From Eledone cirrhosa (lineage: Eukaryota): 64,000 bases of DNA. Shown piece after piece: positions 1 through 13,180 of this stretch. The notes beneath the pieces were generated by a model. It worked only from the letters and a program-made list of their open reading frames with translations. It had not been told where the DNA came from and searched no databases. Both the position numbers and the translations under genes were made by a program. The stretch is from NCBI GenBank assembly GCA_964016885.1, contig OZ024764.1, forward strand, positions 4,588,001 to 4,652,000, written 5' to 3'. How positions within the stretch are numbered: position 1 is the first letter of the stretch; every line of letters starts with the position of its first letter.

Positions 1-97
1 AAGCCAGAATCAGTTCCCATCCCACCCTTGCAAGCAGGGAAAAAGCGGACATAAAATGAAATGAAAATGAATGAAATGAATATATATATATATATTG

Positions 98-646
98 ATG
101 GAAGTTACGGAGTAGGTAGACCCAGAAAAACCTAGAACAACGTGATAAATTCCGACCTTGCACACTTGCACCTCTCTAAGACAATTTCACGGGATCAAGA
201 TCTTTGGCGCCACGCAGTAATACAGAAGACCTGCCTCCCCTACGTGCAAAGTTAACCTACAGTCAGTAGACACCTCTTAACCAAACATACACCCCAACCC
301 ACTACCCCTACCCCATCCTTCCACTCCCTCCAACACCACCCTCTCTCTGTAAAGTTATGTTGGTACCACAACATCCAGTCCGAACTAATGAGGTTGTGTA
401 GGTGTCACGACAAAAAACACCCAGTCCACGCTGTAATGTGGCCGTGTAGGTAACACGGTAAAAACCTCCCGGTCCACACTGTAAACGTGGTTGGTGTTAG
501 GAAGGGCATCCAGCCTTAGAAAACCTGCCAGATAGTCCTATATGAGCAAGACACGGTCACCCGACCAATCTTGCCTCAAATGTGACAATTCCCATCTAAC
601 CCATGCTAGCATGGAAGATGGATGTTAAACAATGATGATGATGATA
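98..646 (+). mobile_element. RTE-clade LINE 3' fragment (ORF2 end, 3' UTR, (GAT)n tail)
   Basis: Degenerate G-R-P-R-K-T...D-L-A-H-L-H-L-S-K...D-Q-D-L-W-R-H-A-V, matching the RTE copy at 27565-28014. It is followed by the GTTAGGAAGGGCATCCAGC block shared with the SINEs and a gatgatgat tail. Confidence 0.7.
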
Positions 647-648
647 TA

Positions 649-683
<35 letters not shown>

Positions 684-1024
684 TTGCATGTGAGTTTTTT
701 TTTGCACATTCAACTGTCAAAATTTAGAAATGTTAACCCAAGCCATTTGTGATTTGGGAGATTTAGGTCAAAGTTTAAAGGAGAAAGGTCAAAAAACTAC
801 TCATGATTAAATAAGATGTGGTGGTGGTGTAGTGTTGGTGGGGGTGGTGGTGAGAGAAGAGTGGGAGAGGTAACTATCTCACACCATATCACAGAAAGAG
901 GTTTTTGTTATACACTCTATCTATCTCAAAAGCTTTATAAAGAGTCCTCAGTTATCTTAACACACACACACCCTCCAACACAGACATGTGTGTATATATA
1001 CATACATATATATGTGGGGTAGAG

Positions 1025-1620
1025 AAGTCCCCTAAGTCCAGTAAGACAACCTCCCTAGCAGGAATAAAAGCACCCAGTCCATGCTATAAAATGGAGGGGT
1101 GGATAGGGCCCCTGAGTCCAGTAAGACGACCTCTCTAGTGCTGGTGGCATGAATAAAAGCACCCAGTCCATGCTGTAAAATGGAGGGGTGGATAGGGCGC
1201 CTGAGTCCAGTAAGACGACCTCTCTAGTGCTGGTGGCATGAATAAAAGCACCCAGTCCATGCTGTAAAATGGAGGGGTGGATAGGGCCCCTGAGTCCAGT
1301 AAGACGACCTCTCTAGTGCTGGTGGCATGAATAAAAGCACCCAGTCCATGCTGTAAAATGGAGGGGTGGATAGGGCCCCTGAGTCCAGTAAGACGACCTC
1401 TCTAGTGCTGGTGGCATGAATAAAAGCACCCAGTCCATGCTGTAAAATGGAGGGGTGGATAGGGCCCCTGAGTCCAGTAAGACGACCTCTCTAGTGCTGG
1501 TGGCATGAATAAAAGCACCCAGTCCATGCTGTAAAATGGAGGGGTGGATAGGGCCTCTGAGTCCAGTAAGACGACCTCTCTAGTGCCGGTGGCACGAATA
1601 AAAGCACCCAGTCCATGCTG
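1025..1620. repeat. 89-bp tandem repeat, ~6.5 copies
   Basis: ctgagtccagtaagacgacc recurs at 1112, 1201, 1290 etc. The unit contains the SINE-related aaaagcacccagtcca motif. Confidence 0.9.
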
Positions 1621-1621
1621 G

Positions 1622-2158
1622 GTATATATACTATTGTATTTTCACAGTAAAGGCTTTACCTCACATAATATCTCACATAACATTTACATTACTCTATATA
1701 TACTATTGTATTTTCACAGTAAAGGCTTTACCTCACGTAATATCTCACATAACATTACATTACTCTATATATACTATTGTATTTTCACAGTAAAGGCCTT
1801 ACCTCACATAATATCTCACATAATATTTACATTACTCTATATATACTATTGTATTTTCACAGTAAAGGCTTTACCTCACATAATATCTTACATAACATTC
1901 ACATTACTCTATATATACTATTGTATTTTCACAGTAAAGGCTTTACCTCACATAATATCTCACATAACATTTACATTACTCTATATATACTATTGTATTT
2001 TCACAGTAAAGGCTTTACCTCACATAATATTGAATCTATCAGATTTTGATGTTATTTATTTGGAGAAAAATACCTTAACATAAGTATGAGTGGCCAGTAA
2101 CAGCTAGTTTCAGCAGAAAGAGGTGAGAGAAGTATGGCCAGTTTAAATGCTGAAGGGA
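1622..2158 (-). mobile_element. piggyBac-like MITE copy with internal 72-bp satellite (~5.5 units), one end missing
   Basis: 72-bp unit, then a unique segment (2031-2158) that matches the reverse complement of 55175-55310 and ends in ...aatgctgaaggg. Confidence 0.7.
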
Positions 2159-2179
2159 TAGTTGTGCATAGTCAGCTTT

Positions 2180-2400
2180 TATTACTTTATCCCTCCCAAG
2201 TCTTCCTAAGCCAGCCCATGCCATGTCTACCATCAACTTTTTATACAGCTGTCATCTTTCATACACATCACATGGCCCTACCAACACAATCTCCTCTCCT
2301 GCACACAACATCTGATCCCTCTTATGTCTAGTTTCTCTCTCAGTTCATTTATGCTTTGCCGTTCACGTATTATATTACTGTCGCACATCTGGGGCTTCAC
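2180..2400 (-). mobile_element. degenerate RTE LINE ORF2 fragment
   Basis: Minus-strand translation MCDSNIIRERQSINELREKLDIRGIRCCVQERRLCW matches the RTE copy at 27565-28014. Confidence 0.75.
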
Positions 2401-2576
2401 TTCTTTCCAATCTTCACAGATCCTCTGCACACAGAGTCCAGGTCTCGCTATTGTGCAACATTGTTGTTGATATATATATATATGTAGGAGGTGAGTTTTA
2501 TTGAAGTACAATAAAGCAATGCAGATATCGGATAAGTAGCACTCTACAGTTTATGGGACTGGAGTATAAATAATAT

Positions 2577-2863
2577 GAGATCAAAAGATGGTTAAAATAG
2601 TTCCACACATTTTATTATGCATAATAAAATACATGGGACTCTTTTAACCATCTTTTGATCTTATATATATATATATAAGATCAAAAGGTGGTTAAAAGAG
2701 TTCCATGCATTTTATTATGCATAATAAAATACATGGGACTCTTTTAACCATCTTTTGATCTTATATATATATATATAAGATCAAAAGATGGTTAAAAGAG
2801 TTCCATGCATTTTATTATGCATAATAAATTACATGGAATTCTTTTAACCATCTTTTGATCTTA
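2577..2863. repeat. tandem array of ~120-bp palindromic units separated by (TA)n
   Basis: agatcaaaagatggttaaaagagttccatg...ttattatgcataataa...catgggactcttttaaccatcttttgatct occurs three times. Confidence 0.85.
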
Positions 2864-2934
2864 TATATATATATATAAATAAATATAAATAAATATATAT
2901 ATAAATAAATATATATATATATATATAAATAAAT

Positions 2935-2991
<57 letters not shown>

Positions 2992-3013
2992 AATATAAAT
3001 ATATATATATATA

Positions 3014-3072
<59 letters not shown>

Positions 3073-3097
3073 ATATAGAGAGAGAGGGAGAGAGAGA

Positions 3098-3430
3098 GGC
3101 ACATGGCTTAGTGGCTAGAGCATTGGGCTTGCAATCGAAAGGTTGTGAGTTCAATTCTCAGACCGGGTGATGTGTTGTTTCCTTGAGCAAGACACTTTAT
3201 TTCACATTGCTCCAGTTTACTCAGCTGTAGAAATGAGATGATAGGGACTGGGGTCCCTATCATTCCACTGCAAAGTGGTCGTGGAGGTGCCACGGCAGAA
3301 AAGCACCCAGCACTCACTGTAAATGAGGTTGGTGTTAGGAAGGGCATCCAGCTGTAGAAATCAAGCCAGAATCAGTTCCCGTCCCACCCTTGCAAGCAGG
3401 GAAAAGTGGATGTAAAATGCTGATGATGAT
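3098..3430 (+). mobile_element. full-length tRNA-derived SINE with RTE-like 3' tail
   Basis: A-box-like TGGCTTAGTGG, B-box-like GTTCAATTC, central CCTTGAGCAAGACACTT block, tail shared with the RTE 3' UTR, (TGA)n end. Near-identical copies occur at 35005 and 57470. Confidence 0.85.
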
Positions 3431-3642
3431 GTGTGTGTGTATATATATATATATAATATATATATCATCTCCAGACCCATGCTAGCGTGGAAAATGGACG
3501 TTAAACGATGATGATGATGAGCACTGTTTAGCATCCATTTTTCCGTGCATGGGTTAGACGGGTTGTCCACACCAGGAGGCAAGTCTGACTAGAGATGACC
3601 ATGCTACACCTTGCTCCATCGAGGACTGTAAATTTGTCCAGG

Positions 3643-3693
<51 letters not shown>

Positions 3694-3814
3694 CAAAGGG
3701 ATATTTAATTTGTTGGTAATTCAACAAATATAAATGTTTATAACAGATTCGAAGCACTCAACAAGTTTTCTGGAGTATAATATCAATGATATTAAATAAA
3801 TGGAAACTCATTTT

Positions 3815-4082
3815 CATCATCATTCATCATCATCATTTTACGTCCACTTTTCCCTGCTTGCAAGGGTGGGACGGGAACTGATTGTGGCTTGATTTCTACA
3901 GCTGGATGCCCTTCCTAACACCAACCTCATTTACAGTGAGTGCTGGGTGCTTTTTTGCCGTGGCACCTCCACGAACACTTTGCAGTGGAATGATAAGGAC
4001 CCCAGTCCCTATCATCTCATTTCTACAGCTGAGTAAACTGGAGCAATGTGAAATAAAGTGTCTTGCTCAAGGAAACAACACA
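3815..4082 (-). mobile_element. same SINE family, head truncated
   Basis: Reverse complement of 3170-3430. Confidence 0.85.
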
Positions 4083-4192
4083 TATATCTATATCTAGGGT
4101 GGGTAAAATTGCCGAGATAGGTTCTTTTCAGTGGCTGACAATACCTTACGGGTGCCACTCGAGTAAGGTGTATATATATGTGTGTATGTGTG

Positions 4193-4223
<31 letters not shown>

Positions 4224-4428
4224 ATATATATATGTGTGTGTGTGTATATATATGTGTTTGTGTGTGTGTGTGTGTGTATATATATATTATTTAACCCATA
4301 AATAGGGCCCTAACAGGTTCTACTACTCCAGGCCAGAGCAGACCTGGGAATGATATCAACTAAGGGGTAACTCCACATTCCCCACAGCTCCTGAACTCCC
4401 GAACTAGAGCCTTGCCACTGGATAAAGG

Positions 4429-4503
<75 letters not shown>

Positions 4504-4594
4504 CTTTGGGAGGGTCATGCTGCCAATAAAAACACACGCACCTGTTGGTTTTCACTTCAATTTATTATAAATTTCCTGCTGGTTGTTTATATAT

Positions 4595-4639
4595 TGTCAA
4601 AGCTCTTTCGTCACACATTCTGTGACCTCCTCAGTGACA
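4595..4639 (-). ncRNA. minimal type I hammerhead ribozyme motif
   Basis: Minus strand reads TGTCA CTGAGGA G GTCACA gaatg TGTGAC GAAA G ag C TT TGACA: stem I, core, stem II, GAAA, minimal stem III, NUH=CUU. Confidence 0.7.
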
Positions 4640-5024
4640 GATTTTTTATTTTTGTCTATCCTTTGTTCTATCCTACACATTCTTATATAAATGCATTAAA
4701 ACAACAGAAGGCCTGGCTGGAAGATTTACCCTTGAATTTTAATTCTGCGAAAGCATTATACATATTTCAATACCCCAGCTCCCTTATCTTATTATCACAC
4801 ATGGGGTAAAAATATAGGAAAAGGAAGTTGGCGTCTTTAAGAATGTCTATCTACAATGACATTCTTTAAGACACCAATTGAATTTTTTTTTAAAATGCTT
4901 TTTCCTCTATATTTGTTTTATTTGAGGATTGTCAAATATGTGTTTTTATTGGAGGTTCTGGCATCATGATAATTCCCTAAATATAACCCTTCCATATACT
5001 CAACCGATTGTGTTGTTATTTCTG

Positions 5025-5340
5025 TTTATCATCATCATCATCATTTTACGACCGCTTTTCCCTACTTGCAAGGGTGGGATGGGTCCTTTTCAGCACACCA
5101 TCCCTCCACTTGTCACAGTCCTACGTGATCTCTGTGAGCTTCAGCAATCTGAGGTCTGCTCTCACCACCTCCACCCATGTTTTTCGTGGTCTTCCTCTAC
5201 TGCGTATTCCTTCTCCTGAGATTTCTTGGCACTTCTTTACCCAGCGGTCATCCTCCATGTACATCACATGTCCATACCATCTCAGTCTTCTCTCCTGTAC
5301 ATTACAGCCTATCCCTCTTATACCCAGTTTCTCTCTCAAC
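5025..5340 (-). mobile_element. RTE LINE 3' fragment
   Basis: Translation LREKLGIRGIGCNVQERRLRWYGHVMYMEDDRWVKKCQEISGEGIRSRGRPRKTW, followed by a (GAT)n tail at 5028-5044. Confidence 0.85.
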
Positions 5341-7177
5341 ACATCACATGTCCATACCATCTCAGTCTTCTCTCCCACACATTACAGCCTATCCCTCTTA
5401 TACCCAGTTTCTCTCTCAACACATCACATGTCCATACCATCTCAGTCTTCTCTCCCACACACTACAGCCTATCCCTCTTATACCCAGTTTCTCTCTCAAC
5501 ACATCACATGTCCATACCATCTCAGTCTTTCCCACACACTACAGTTTATCCCTCTTATACCCAGTTTCTCTCTCAACTCATCACATGTCCATACCATCTC
5601 AGTCTTCTCTCCTGTACACTACAGCCTATCCCTCTTATACCCAGTTTCTCTCTCAACTCATCACATGTCCATACCATCTCAGTCTTCTCTCCTGTACGTT
5701 ATAGCCTATCCCTCTTATACCCAGTTTCTCTCTCAACTCATCACATGTCCATACCATCTCAGTCTTCTCTACCACACACTACAGTTTATCCCTCTTATAC
5801 CCAGTTTCTCTCTCAACTCATCACATGTCCATACCATCTCAGTCTTCTCTCCCACACACTACAGTTTATCCCTCTTATACCCAGTTTCTCTCTCAACTCA
5901 TCACATGTCCATACCATCTCAGTCTTCTCTCCTGTACGTTATAGCCTATCCCTCTTATACCCAGTTTCTCTCTCAACACATCACATGTCCATACCATCTC
6001 AGTCTTCTCTCCCACACACTACAGTTTATCCCTCTTATACCCAGTTTCTCTCTCAACTCATCACATGTCCATACCATCTCAGTCTTCTCTCCTGTACACT
6101 ACAGCCTATCCCTCTTATACCCAGTTTCTCTCTCAACACATCACATGTCCATACCATCTCAGTCTTCTCTCCCACACACTACAGTTTATCCCTCTTATAC
6201 CCAGTTTCTCTCTCAACACATCACATGTCCATACCATCTCAGTCTTCTCTCCCACACACCATAACTTATCCCTCTTATACACAGTTTCTCTCTCAACTCA
6301 TCACATGTCCATACCATCTCAGTCTTCTCTCCTGTACACTACAGCCTATCCCTCTTATACCCAGTTTCTCTCTCAACACATCACATGTCCATACCATCTC
6401 AGTCTTCTCTCCCACACACTACAGCCTATCCCTCTTATACCCAGTTTCTCTCTCAACTCATCACATGTCCATACCATCTCAGTCTTCTCTCTCACACACT
6501 ACAGCCTATCCCTCTTATACCCAGTTTCTCTCTCAACTCATCACATGTCCATACCATCTCAGTCTTCTCTCCTGTACACTACAGCCTATCCCTCTTATAC
6601 CCAGTTTCTCTCTCAACTCATCACATGTCCATACCATCTCAGTCTTCTCTCTCACACACTACAACTTATTCCTCTTATACCCAGTTTCTCTCTCAACTCA
6701 TCACATGTCCATACCATCTCAGTCTTCTCTCCTGTACACTACAGCTTATCCCTCTTATACCCAGTTTCTCTCTCAACACATCACATGTCCATACCATCTC
6801 AGTCTTCTCTCTCACACACTACAGTTTATCCCTCTTATACCCAGTTTCTCTCTCAACTCATCACATGTCCATACCATCTCAGTCTTCTCTCCCACACACT
6901 ACAACTTATCCCTCTTATACACAGTTTCTCTCTCAACACATCACATGTCCATACCATCTCAGTCTTCTCTCCCACACACTACAGCTTATCCCTCTTATAC
7001 CCAGTTTCTCTCTCAACACATCACATGTCCATACCATCTCAGTCTTCTCTCCCACACACTACAACTTATCCCTCTTATACCCAGTTTCTCTCTCAACACA
7101 TCACATGTCCATACCATCTCAGTCTTCTCTCGCACACACTACAGCTTATCCCTCTTATACACAGTTTCTCTCTCAAC
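5262..7177. repeat. 80-bp minisatellite, ~24 copies, derived from RTE ORF2
   Basis: ctcagtcttc recurs at 5281, 5361, 5441 etc. The unit is the RTE segment LREKLGIRGIGC..ERRLRWYGHVM. Confidence 0.92.
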
Positions 7178-7564
7178 TAGCCTATGTGACCGTGTCTTGC
7201 GCATACAAAACTGATTTGGGCTTGATTTCTACAGCTGGATGTCTTTCCTAACACCAACCTCATTTACAGAGTGGACTGGGTACTTTTTTTCCGTGGCGCC
7301 TACATGACGACTTTGCAGTGGGGGGTGTGTGTATATATATATATAGTCACACACATAAGTACATACATGGTGTATATAAGTGGGTGTATAACATCATGGC
7401 TTGAAAAACTCCACACCCCACCCCTTCTTACTTATGTCTATCTATATATCTGTCTGTCTGTCTATCTGTCTGTTGTCTGTCTGTCTGTCACCAAGTCTGG
7501 GTGTTGGACTGAGGTGTGGGTGGAGGGAGTTGAGAATGGACTGATTTTTCTCATGAAATTGCAA

Positions 7565-8215
7565 CATGTGGTGGTGGTGGTGGTGGTGTTATTGGGGGTG
7601 GTGGTGGTATTGTTTGGGTGGTAGTGAGGGTGATGTTGTGATAGTTGTAGCTGTGGTGGTGGTGGTGGTGGTGGTGTTAATGGGGGTGGAGCAGGTGGTG
7701 GTGGTATTGTTTGGGTGGTAGTGAGGGTGATGTTGTGATAGTTGTAGCTGTGGTGGTGGTGGTGGTGGTGGTGTTAATGGGGGTGGAGTAGGTGGTGGTG
7801 GTATTGTTTGGGTGGTAGTGAGGGTGATGTTGTGATAGTTGTAGCTGTGGTGGTGTTAATGGGGGTGGAGTAGGTGGTGGTGGTATTGTTTGGGTGGTAG
7901 TGAAGGTGATGTTGTGATAGTTGTAGCTGTGGTGGTGGTGGTGGTGGTGGTGTTAATGGGGGTGGAGCAGGTGGTGGTGGTATTGTTTGGGTGGTAGTGA
8001 GGGTGATGTGATAGTTGTAGTTGTAGCTGTGGGGGTGGAGCAGGTGGTGGTGGTATTGTTTGGGTGGTAGTGAGGGTGATGTGATAGTTGTAGCTGTGGT
8101 GGTGGTGGTGGTTGTTTGTGCTGAAGGAGGTGGAGAGGTGGTGTTGGTAGTTAAACAAACAGGGTGCTGTTGTTGAAACATGTTGGTGGTGGTGGTGGTG
8201 GTGGTGGTGGTACAC
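7565..8215. repeat. GT-rich (GGT)n-based tandem repeat with a variable unit
   Basis: ggtattgtttgggtggtagtgagggtgatgttgtgatagttgtagctgtgg recurs between (ggt)n runs. Confidence 0.85.
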
Positions 8216-8497
8216 CCCCCTCCCCTCTCTGTTGTGGTGATGATTCATTCCACTTCTTGACTCCACCATTATCACCACACCACACCACCACCACCACAGC
8301 ACCACCAGTAATTTTGTAATTTCATGTAATTTAGGTTGTTGGCATGGAATGATCCATGTATATGTGTATGTATACATATAAGCATGTGTGTGTGTGTGAT
8401 ATATATATATATGTGTGTGTGTATATATATGTGTGTGTATATATATGTGTGTGTGTGGTTGTGTATATATATATATGTGTGTGTGTATATATATATA

Positions 8498-8554
<57 letters not shown>

Positions 8555-8653
8555 ATATATATATATATATCTGTTTGGGTGACTATGAGCTCATATAGGA
8601 CTGTTTCTGGCTGGTTTTCTATGGCCGGGTGTCCTTTCTAACGCCAACCATAT

Positions 8654-9428
8654 TTACAGAGTGGGCTGGGTGCTTTTTGTTGTGACACCTACATGACTAC
8701 TTTACAGTGTGGACTGGGTACTTTTTGTTGTGACACCTACATGACCACTTTACAGTGTGGACTGGGTACTTTTTGTTGTGACACCTACATGACCACTTTA
8801 CAGTGTGGACTGGGTCCTTTTACTTGTGACACCTTCATGACCACTTTACAGTGTAGACTGGGTACTTTTTGTTGTGACACCTACATGACCACTTTACAGT
8901 GTAGACTGGGTACTTTTTGTTGTGACACCTACATGACCACTTTACAGTGTAGACTGGGTACTTTTTGTTGTGACACCTACATGACCACTTTACAGTGTAG
9001 ACTGGGTACTTTTTGTTGTGACACCTACATGACCACTTTACAGTGTGGACTGGCTGCTTTTTGTTGTGACACCTTCATGACCACTTTACAGTGTAGACTG
9101 GGTCCTTTTAGTTGTGACACCTACATGACCACTTTACAGTGTGGACTGGCTGCTTTTTGTTGTGACACCTTCATGACCACTTTACAGTGTGAACTGGGTG
9201 CTTTTTGTTGTGACACCTACATGACCACTTTACAGTGTGGACTGGGTACTTTTTGTTGTGACACCTACATGACCACTTTACAGTGTGGACTGGGTACTTT
9301 TTGTTGTGACACCTACATGACCACTTTACAGTGTGGACTAGGTATGTTTTGTCATGACACCTACATGACCACTTTACAGTGTGGACTGGGTGTTGTTTGT
9401 TGTGACACCTACATGACCACTTTACAGT
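8654..9428. repeat. 48-bp minisatellite, ~16 copies, expanded inside a minus-strand SINE/RTE tail
   Basis: Unit tttacagtgtggactgggtactttttgttgtgacacctacatgaccac, contiguous with tail sequence at 8595-8653. Confidence 0.9.
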
Positions 9429-9589
9429 GGGAGGGGATGGGAGCTAGAGGTCTCGGAAGGTAAAACATAATAAAAAAAATAGGGAGAGTCTTATGTGAAG
9501 GAGCGTCCAATAGGCCGGCAAACACGGTATATTTGTGTTGATAATTTAGTGTTAAAAATATATATATTGTCACAAAAAAACTGTGTAAG

Positions 9590-12500
9590 CCCCACGGTAA
9601 AAAAAGCACCCAGCACTCACTGTAAAGTGGTCGTGGAGGTGCCACGGCAAAAAAGCACCCAGCCCACACTGTAAAGTGGTCGTGGAGGTGCCACGGCAAA
9701 AAAGCACCCAGCACTCACTGTAAAGTGGTCGTGGAGGTGCCACGGCAAAAAAGCACCCAGCACTCACAGTAAAGTGGTCGTGGAGGTGCCACGGCAAAAA
9801 AAGCACCCAGCACTCACTGTAAAGTGGTCGTGGAGGTGCCACGGCAAAAAAGCACCCAGCACTCACTGCAAAGTGGTCGTGGAGGTGCCACGGCAAAAAA
9901 GCACCCACCACTCACAGTAAAGTGGTCATGGAGGTGCCACGGCAAAAAAGCACCCAGCCCACACTGTAAAGTGGTCGTGTAGGTGTCACGGCAAAAAAGC
10001 ACCCACCACTCACTGTAAAGTGGTCGTGGAGGTGCCACGGCAAAAAAGCACCCAGCCCACACTGTAAAGTGGTCGTGGAGGTGCCACGGCAAAAAAGCAC
10101 CCAGCCCACACTGTAAAGTGGTCGTGGAGGTGCCACGGCAAAAAAGCACCCAGCCCACACTGCAAAGTGGTCGTGGAGGTGCCACGGCAAAAAAGCACCC
10201 AGCACTCACTGTAAAGTGGTCGTGGAGGTGCCACGGCAAAAAAGCACCCAGCACTCACTGTAAAGTGGTCGTGGAGGTGCCACGGCAAAAAAGCACCCAG
10301 CACTCACTGCAAAGTGGTCGTGGAGGTGCCACGGCAAAAAAGCACCCACCACTCACAGTAAAGTGGTCATGGAGGTGCCACGGCAAAAAAGCACCCAGCA
10401 CTCACAGTAAAGTGGTCGTGGAGGTCCCACGGCAAAAAAGCACCCAGCCCACACTGTAAAGTGGTCGTGTAGGTGTCACGGCAAAAAAGCACCCACCACT
10501 CACTGTAAAGTGGTCATGGAGGTGCCACGGCAAAAAAGCACCCAGCCCACACTGTAAAGTGGTCGTGGAGGTGCCACAGCAAAAAAGCACCCAGCACTCA
10601 CTGTAAAGTGGTCGTGGAGGTGCCACGGCAAAAAAGCACCCAGCACTCACTGTAAAGTGGTCGTGGAGGTGCCACGGCAAAAAAGCACCCAGCACTCACT
10701 GTAAAGTGGTCGTGGAGGTGCCATGGCAAAAAAGCACCCAGCCCACACTGTATAAGTGGTCGTGTAGGTGTCACGGCAAAAAAGCACCCACCACTCACTG
10801 TAAAGTGGTCATGGAGGTGCCACGGCAAAAAAGCACCCAGCCCACACAGTAAAGTGGTCGTGGCGGTGCCATGGCAAAAAAGCACCCAGCACTCACTGTA
10901 AAGTGGTCGTGGAGGTGCCACGGCAAAAAAGCACCCAGCACTCACTGTAAAGTGGTCGTGGAGGTGCCACGGCAAAAAAGCACCCAGCACTCACTGTAAA
11001 GTGGACGTGGAGGTGCCACGGCAAAAAAGCACCCAGCACTCACTGTAAAGTGGTCGTGGAGGTGTCACGGCAAAAAAGCACCCAGCACTCACTGTAAAGT
11101 GGTCGTGGAGGTGCCACGGCAAAAAAGCACCCAGCAGTCACTGTAAAGTGCTCGTGGAGGTGCCACGGCAAAAAAGCACCCAGCACTCACTGTAAAGTGG
11201 ACGTGGAGGTGCCACGACAAAAAAGCACCCAGCCCACACTGTAAAGTGGTCGTGGAGGTGCCACGGCAAAAAAGCACCCAGCACTCACTGTAAAGTGGTC
11301 GTGGAGGTGCCACGACAAAAAAGCACCCAGCCCACACTGTAAAGTGGTCGTGGAGGTGCCACGACAAAAAAAGCACCCAGCCCACACTGTAAAGTGGTCG
11401 TGGAGGTGCCACGGCAAAAAAAGCACCCAGCACTCACTGCAAAGTGGTCGTGGAGGTGCCACAGCAAAAAAAGCACCCAGCACTCACTGTAAAGTGGTCG
11501 TGGAGGTGCCACGGCAAAAAAAGCACTCAGCACTCACTGTAGAGTGGTCGTGGAGGTGCCACGGCAAAAAAAGCACCCAGCACTCACTGTAAAGTGGTCG
11601 TGGAGGTGCTACAGCAAAAAAGCACCCAGCACTCACTGTAGAGTGGTCGTGGAGGTGCCACGGCAAAAAAAGCACCCAGCACTCACTGTAAAGTGGTCGT
11701 GGAGGTGCCACGGCAAAAAAAGCACCCAGCACTCACTGTAGAGTGGTCGTGGAGGTGCCACGGCAAAAAAAGCACCCAGCACTCACTGCAAAGTGGTCGT
11801 GGAGGTGCCACGGCAAAAAAAGCACCCAGCACTCACTGTAAAGTGGTCGTGGAGGTGCCACGGCAAAAAAAGCACTCAGCACTCACTGTAGAGTGGTCGT
11901 GGAGGTGCCACGGCAAAAAAAGCACCCAGCACTCACTGTAAAGTGGTCGTGGAGGTGCTACAGCAAAAAAGCACCCAGCACTCACTGTAGAGTGGTCGTG
12001 GAGGTGCCACGGCAAAAAAAGCACCCAGCACTCACTGTAAAGTGGTCGTGGAGGTGCCACGGCAAAAAAAGCACTCAGCACTCACTGTAGAGTGGTCGTG
12101 GAGGTGCCACGGCAAAAAAAGCACCCAGCACTCACTGTAAAGTGGTCGTGGAGGTGCTACAGCAAAAAAGCACCCAGCACTCACTGTAGAGTGGTCGTGG
12201 AGGTGCCACGGCAAAAAAAGCACCCAGCACTCACTGTAAAGTGGTCGTGGAGGTGCCACGGCAAAAAAAGCACCCAGCACTCACTGCAAAGTGGTCGTGG
12301 AGGTGCCACGGCAAAAAAAGCACCCAGCACTCACTGTAAAGTGGTCGTGGAGGTGCTACAGCAAAAAAGCACCCAGCACTCACTGTAGAGTGGTCGTGGA
12401 GGTGCCACGGCAAAAAAAGCACCCAGCACTCACTGTAAAGTGGTCGTGGAGGTGCCACGGCAAAAAAAGCACCCAGCACTCACTGCAAAGTGGTCGTGGA

Positions 12501-13180
12501 GGTGCCACGGCAAAAAAAGCACCCAGCACTCACTGTAAAGTGGTCGTGGAGGTGCCACGGCAAAAAAAGCACTCAGCACTCACTGTAGAGTGGTCGTGGA
12601 GGTGCCACGGCAAAAAAGCACCCAGCCCACACTGTAAAGTGGTCGTGGAGGTGCCACGACAAAAAAGCACCCAGCCCACACTGTAAAGTGGTCGTGGAGG
12701 TGCCACGGCAAAAAAAGCACCCAGCACTCACTGTAAAGTGGTCGTGGAGGTGCCACGGCAAAAAAAGCACCCAGCCCACACTGTAAAGTGGTCGTGGAGG
12801 TGCCACGACAAAAAAGCACCCAGCCCACACTGTAAAGTGGTCGTGGAGGTGCCACGGCAAAAAAGCACCCAGCACTCACTGTAAAGTGGTCGTGGAGGTG
12901 CCACGACAAAAAAGCACCCAGCCCACACTGTAAAGTGGTCGTGGAGGTGCCACGACAAAAAAGCACCCAGCACTCACTGTAAAGTGGTCGTGGAGGTGCC
13001 ACGGCAAAAAAAGCACTCAGCACTCACTGTAAAGTGGTCGTGGAGGTGCCACGGCAAAAAAAGCACCCAGCACTCACTGCAAAGTGGTCGTGGAGGTGCC
13101 CACGGCAAAAAAGCACCCAGCCCTCACTGTAAAGTGGTCGTGGAGGTGCCACGGCAAAAAAGCACCCAGCCCTCACTGTA
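9590..13180. repeat. 49/50-bp minisatellite, ~72 copies, expanded inside a plus-strand SINE
   Basis: Unit ctgtaaagtggtcgtggaggtgccacggcaaaaaagcacccagcactca equals SINE positions 3268-3317. It continues into the SINE tail at 13180-13370. Confidence 0.92.

Noticed and set aside
3098-3170. tRNA gene
   Set aside because: It is a tRNA-like SINE head attached to a SINE body, present in multiple copies.
5008-7251. Long ORFs in three frames
   Set aside because: They come from the 80-bp repeat and are antisense to an RTE fragment.
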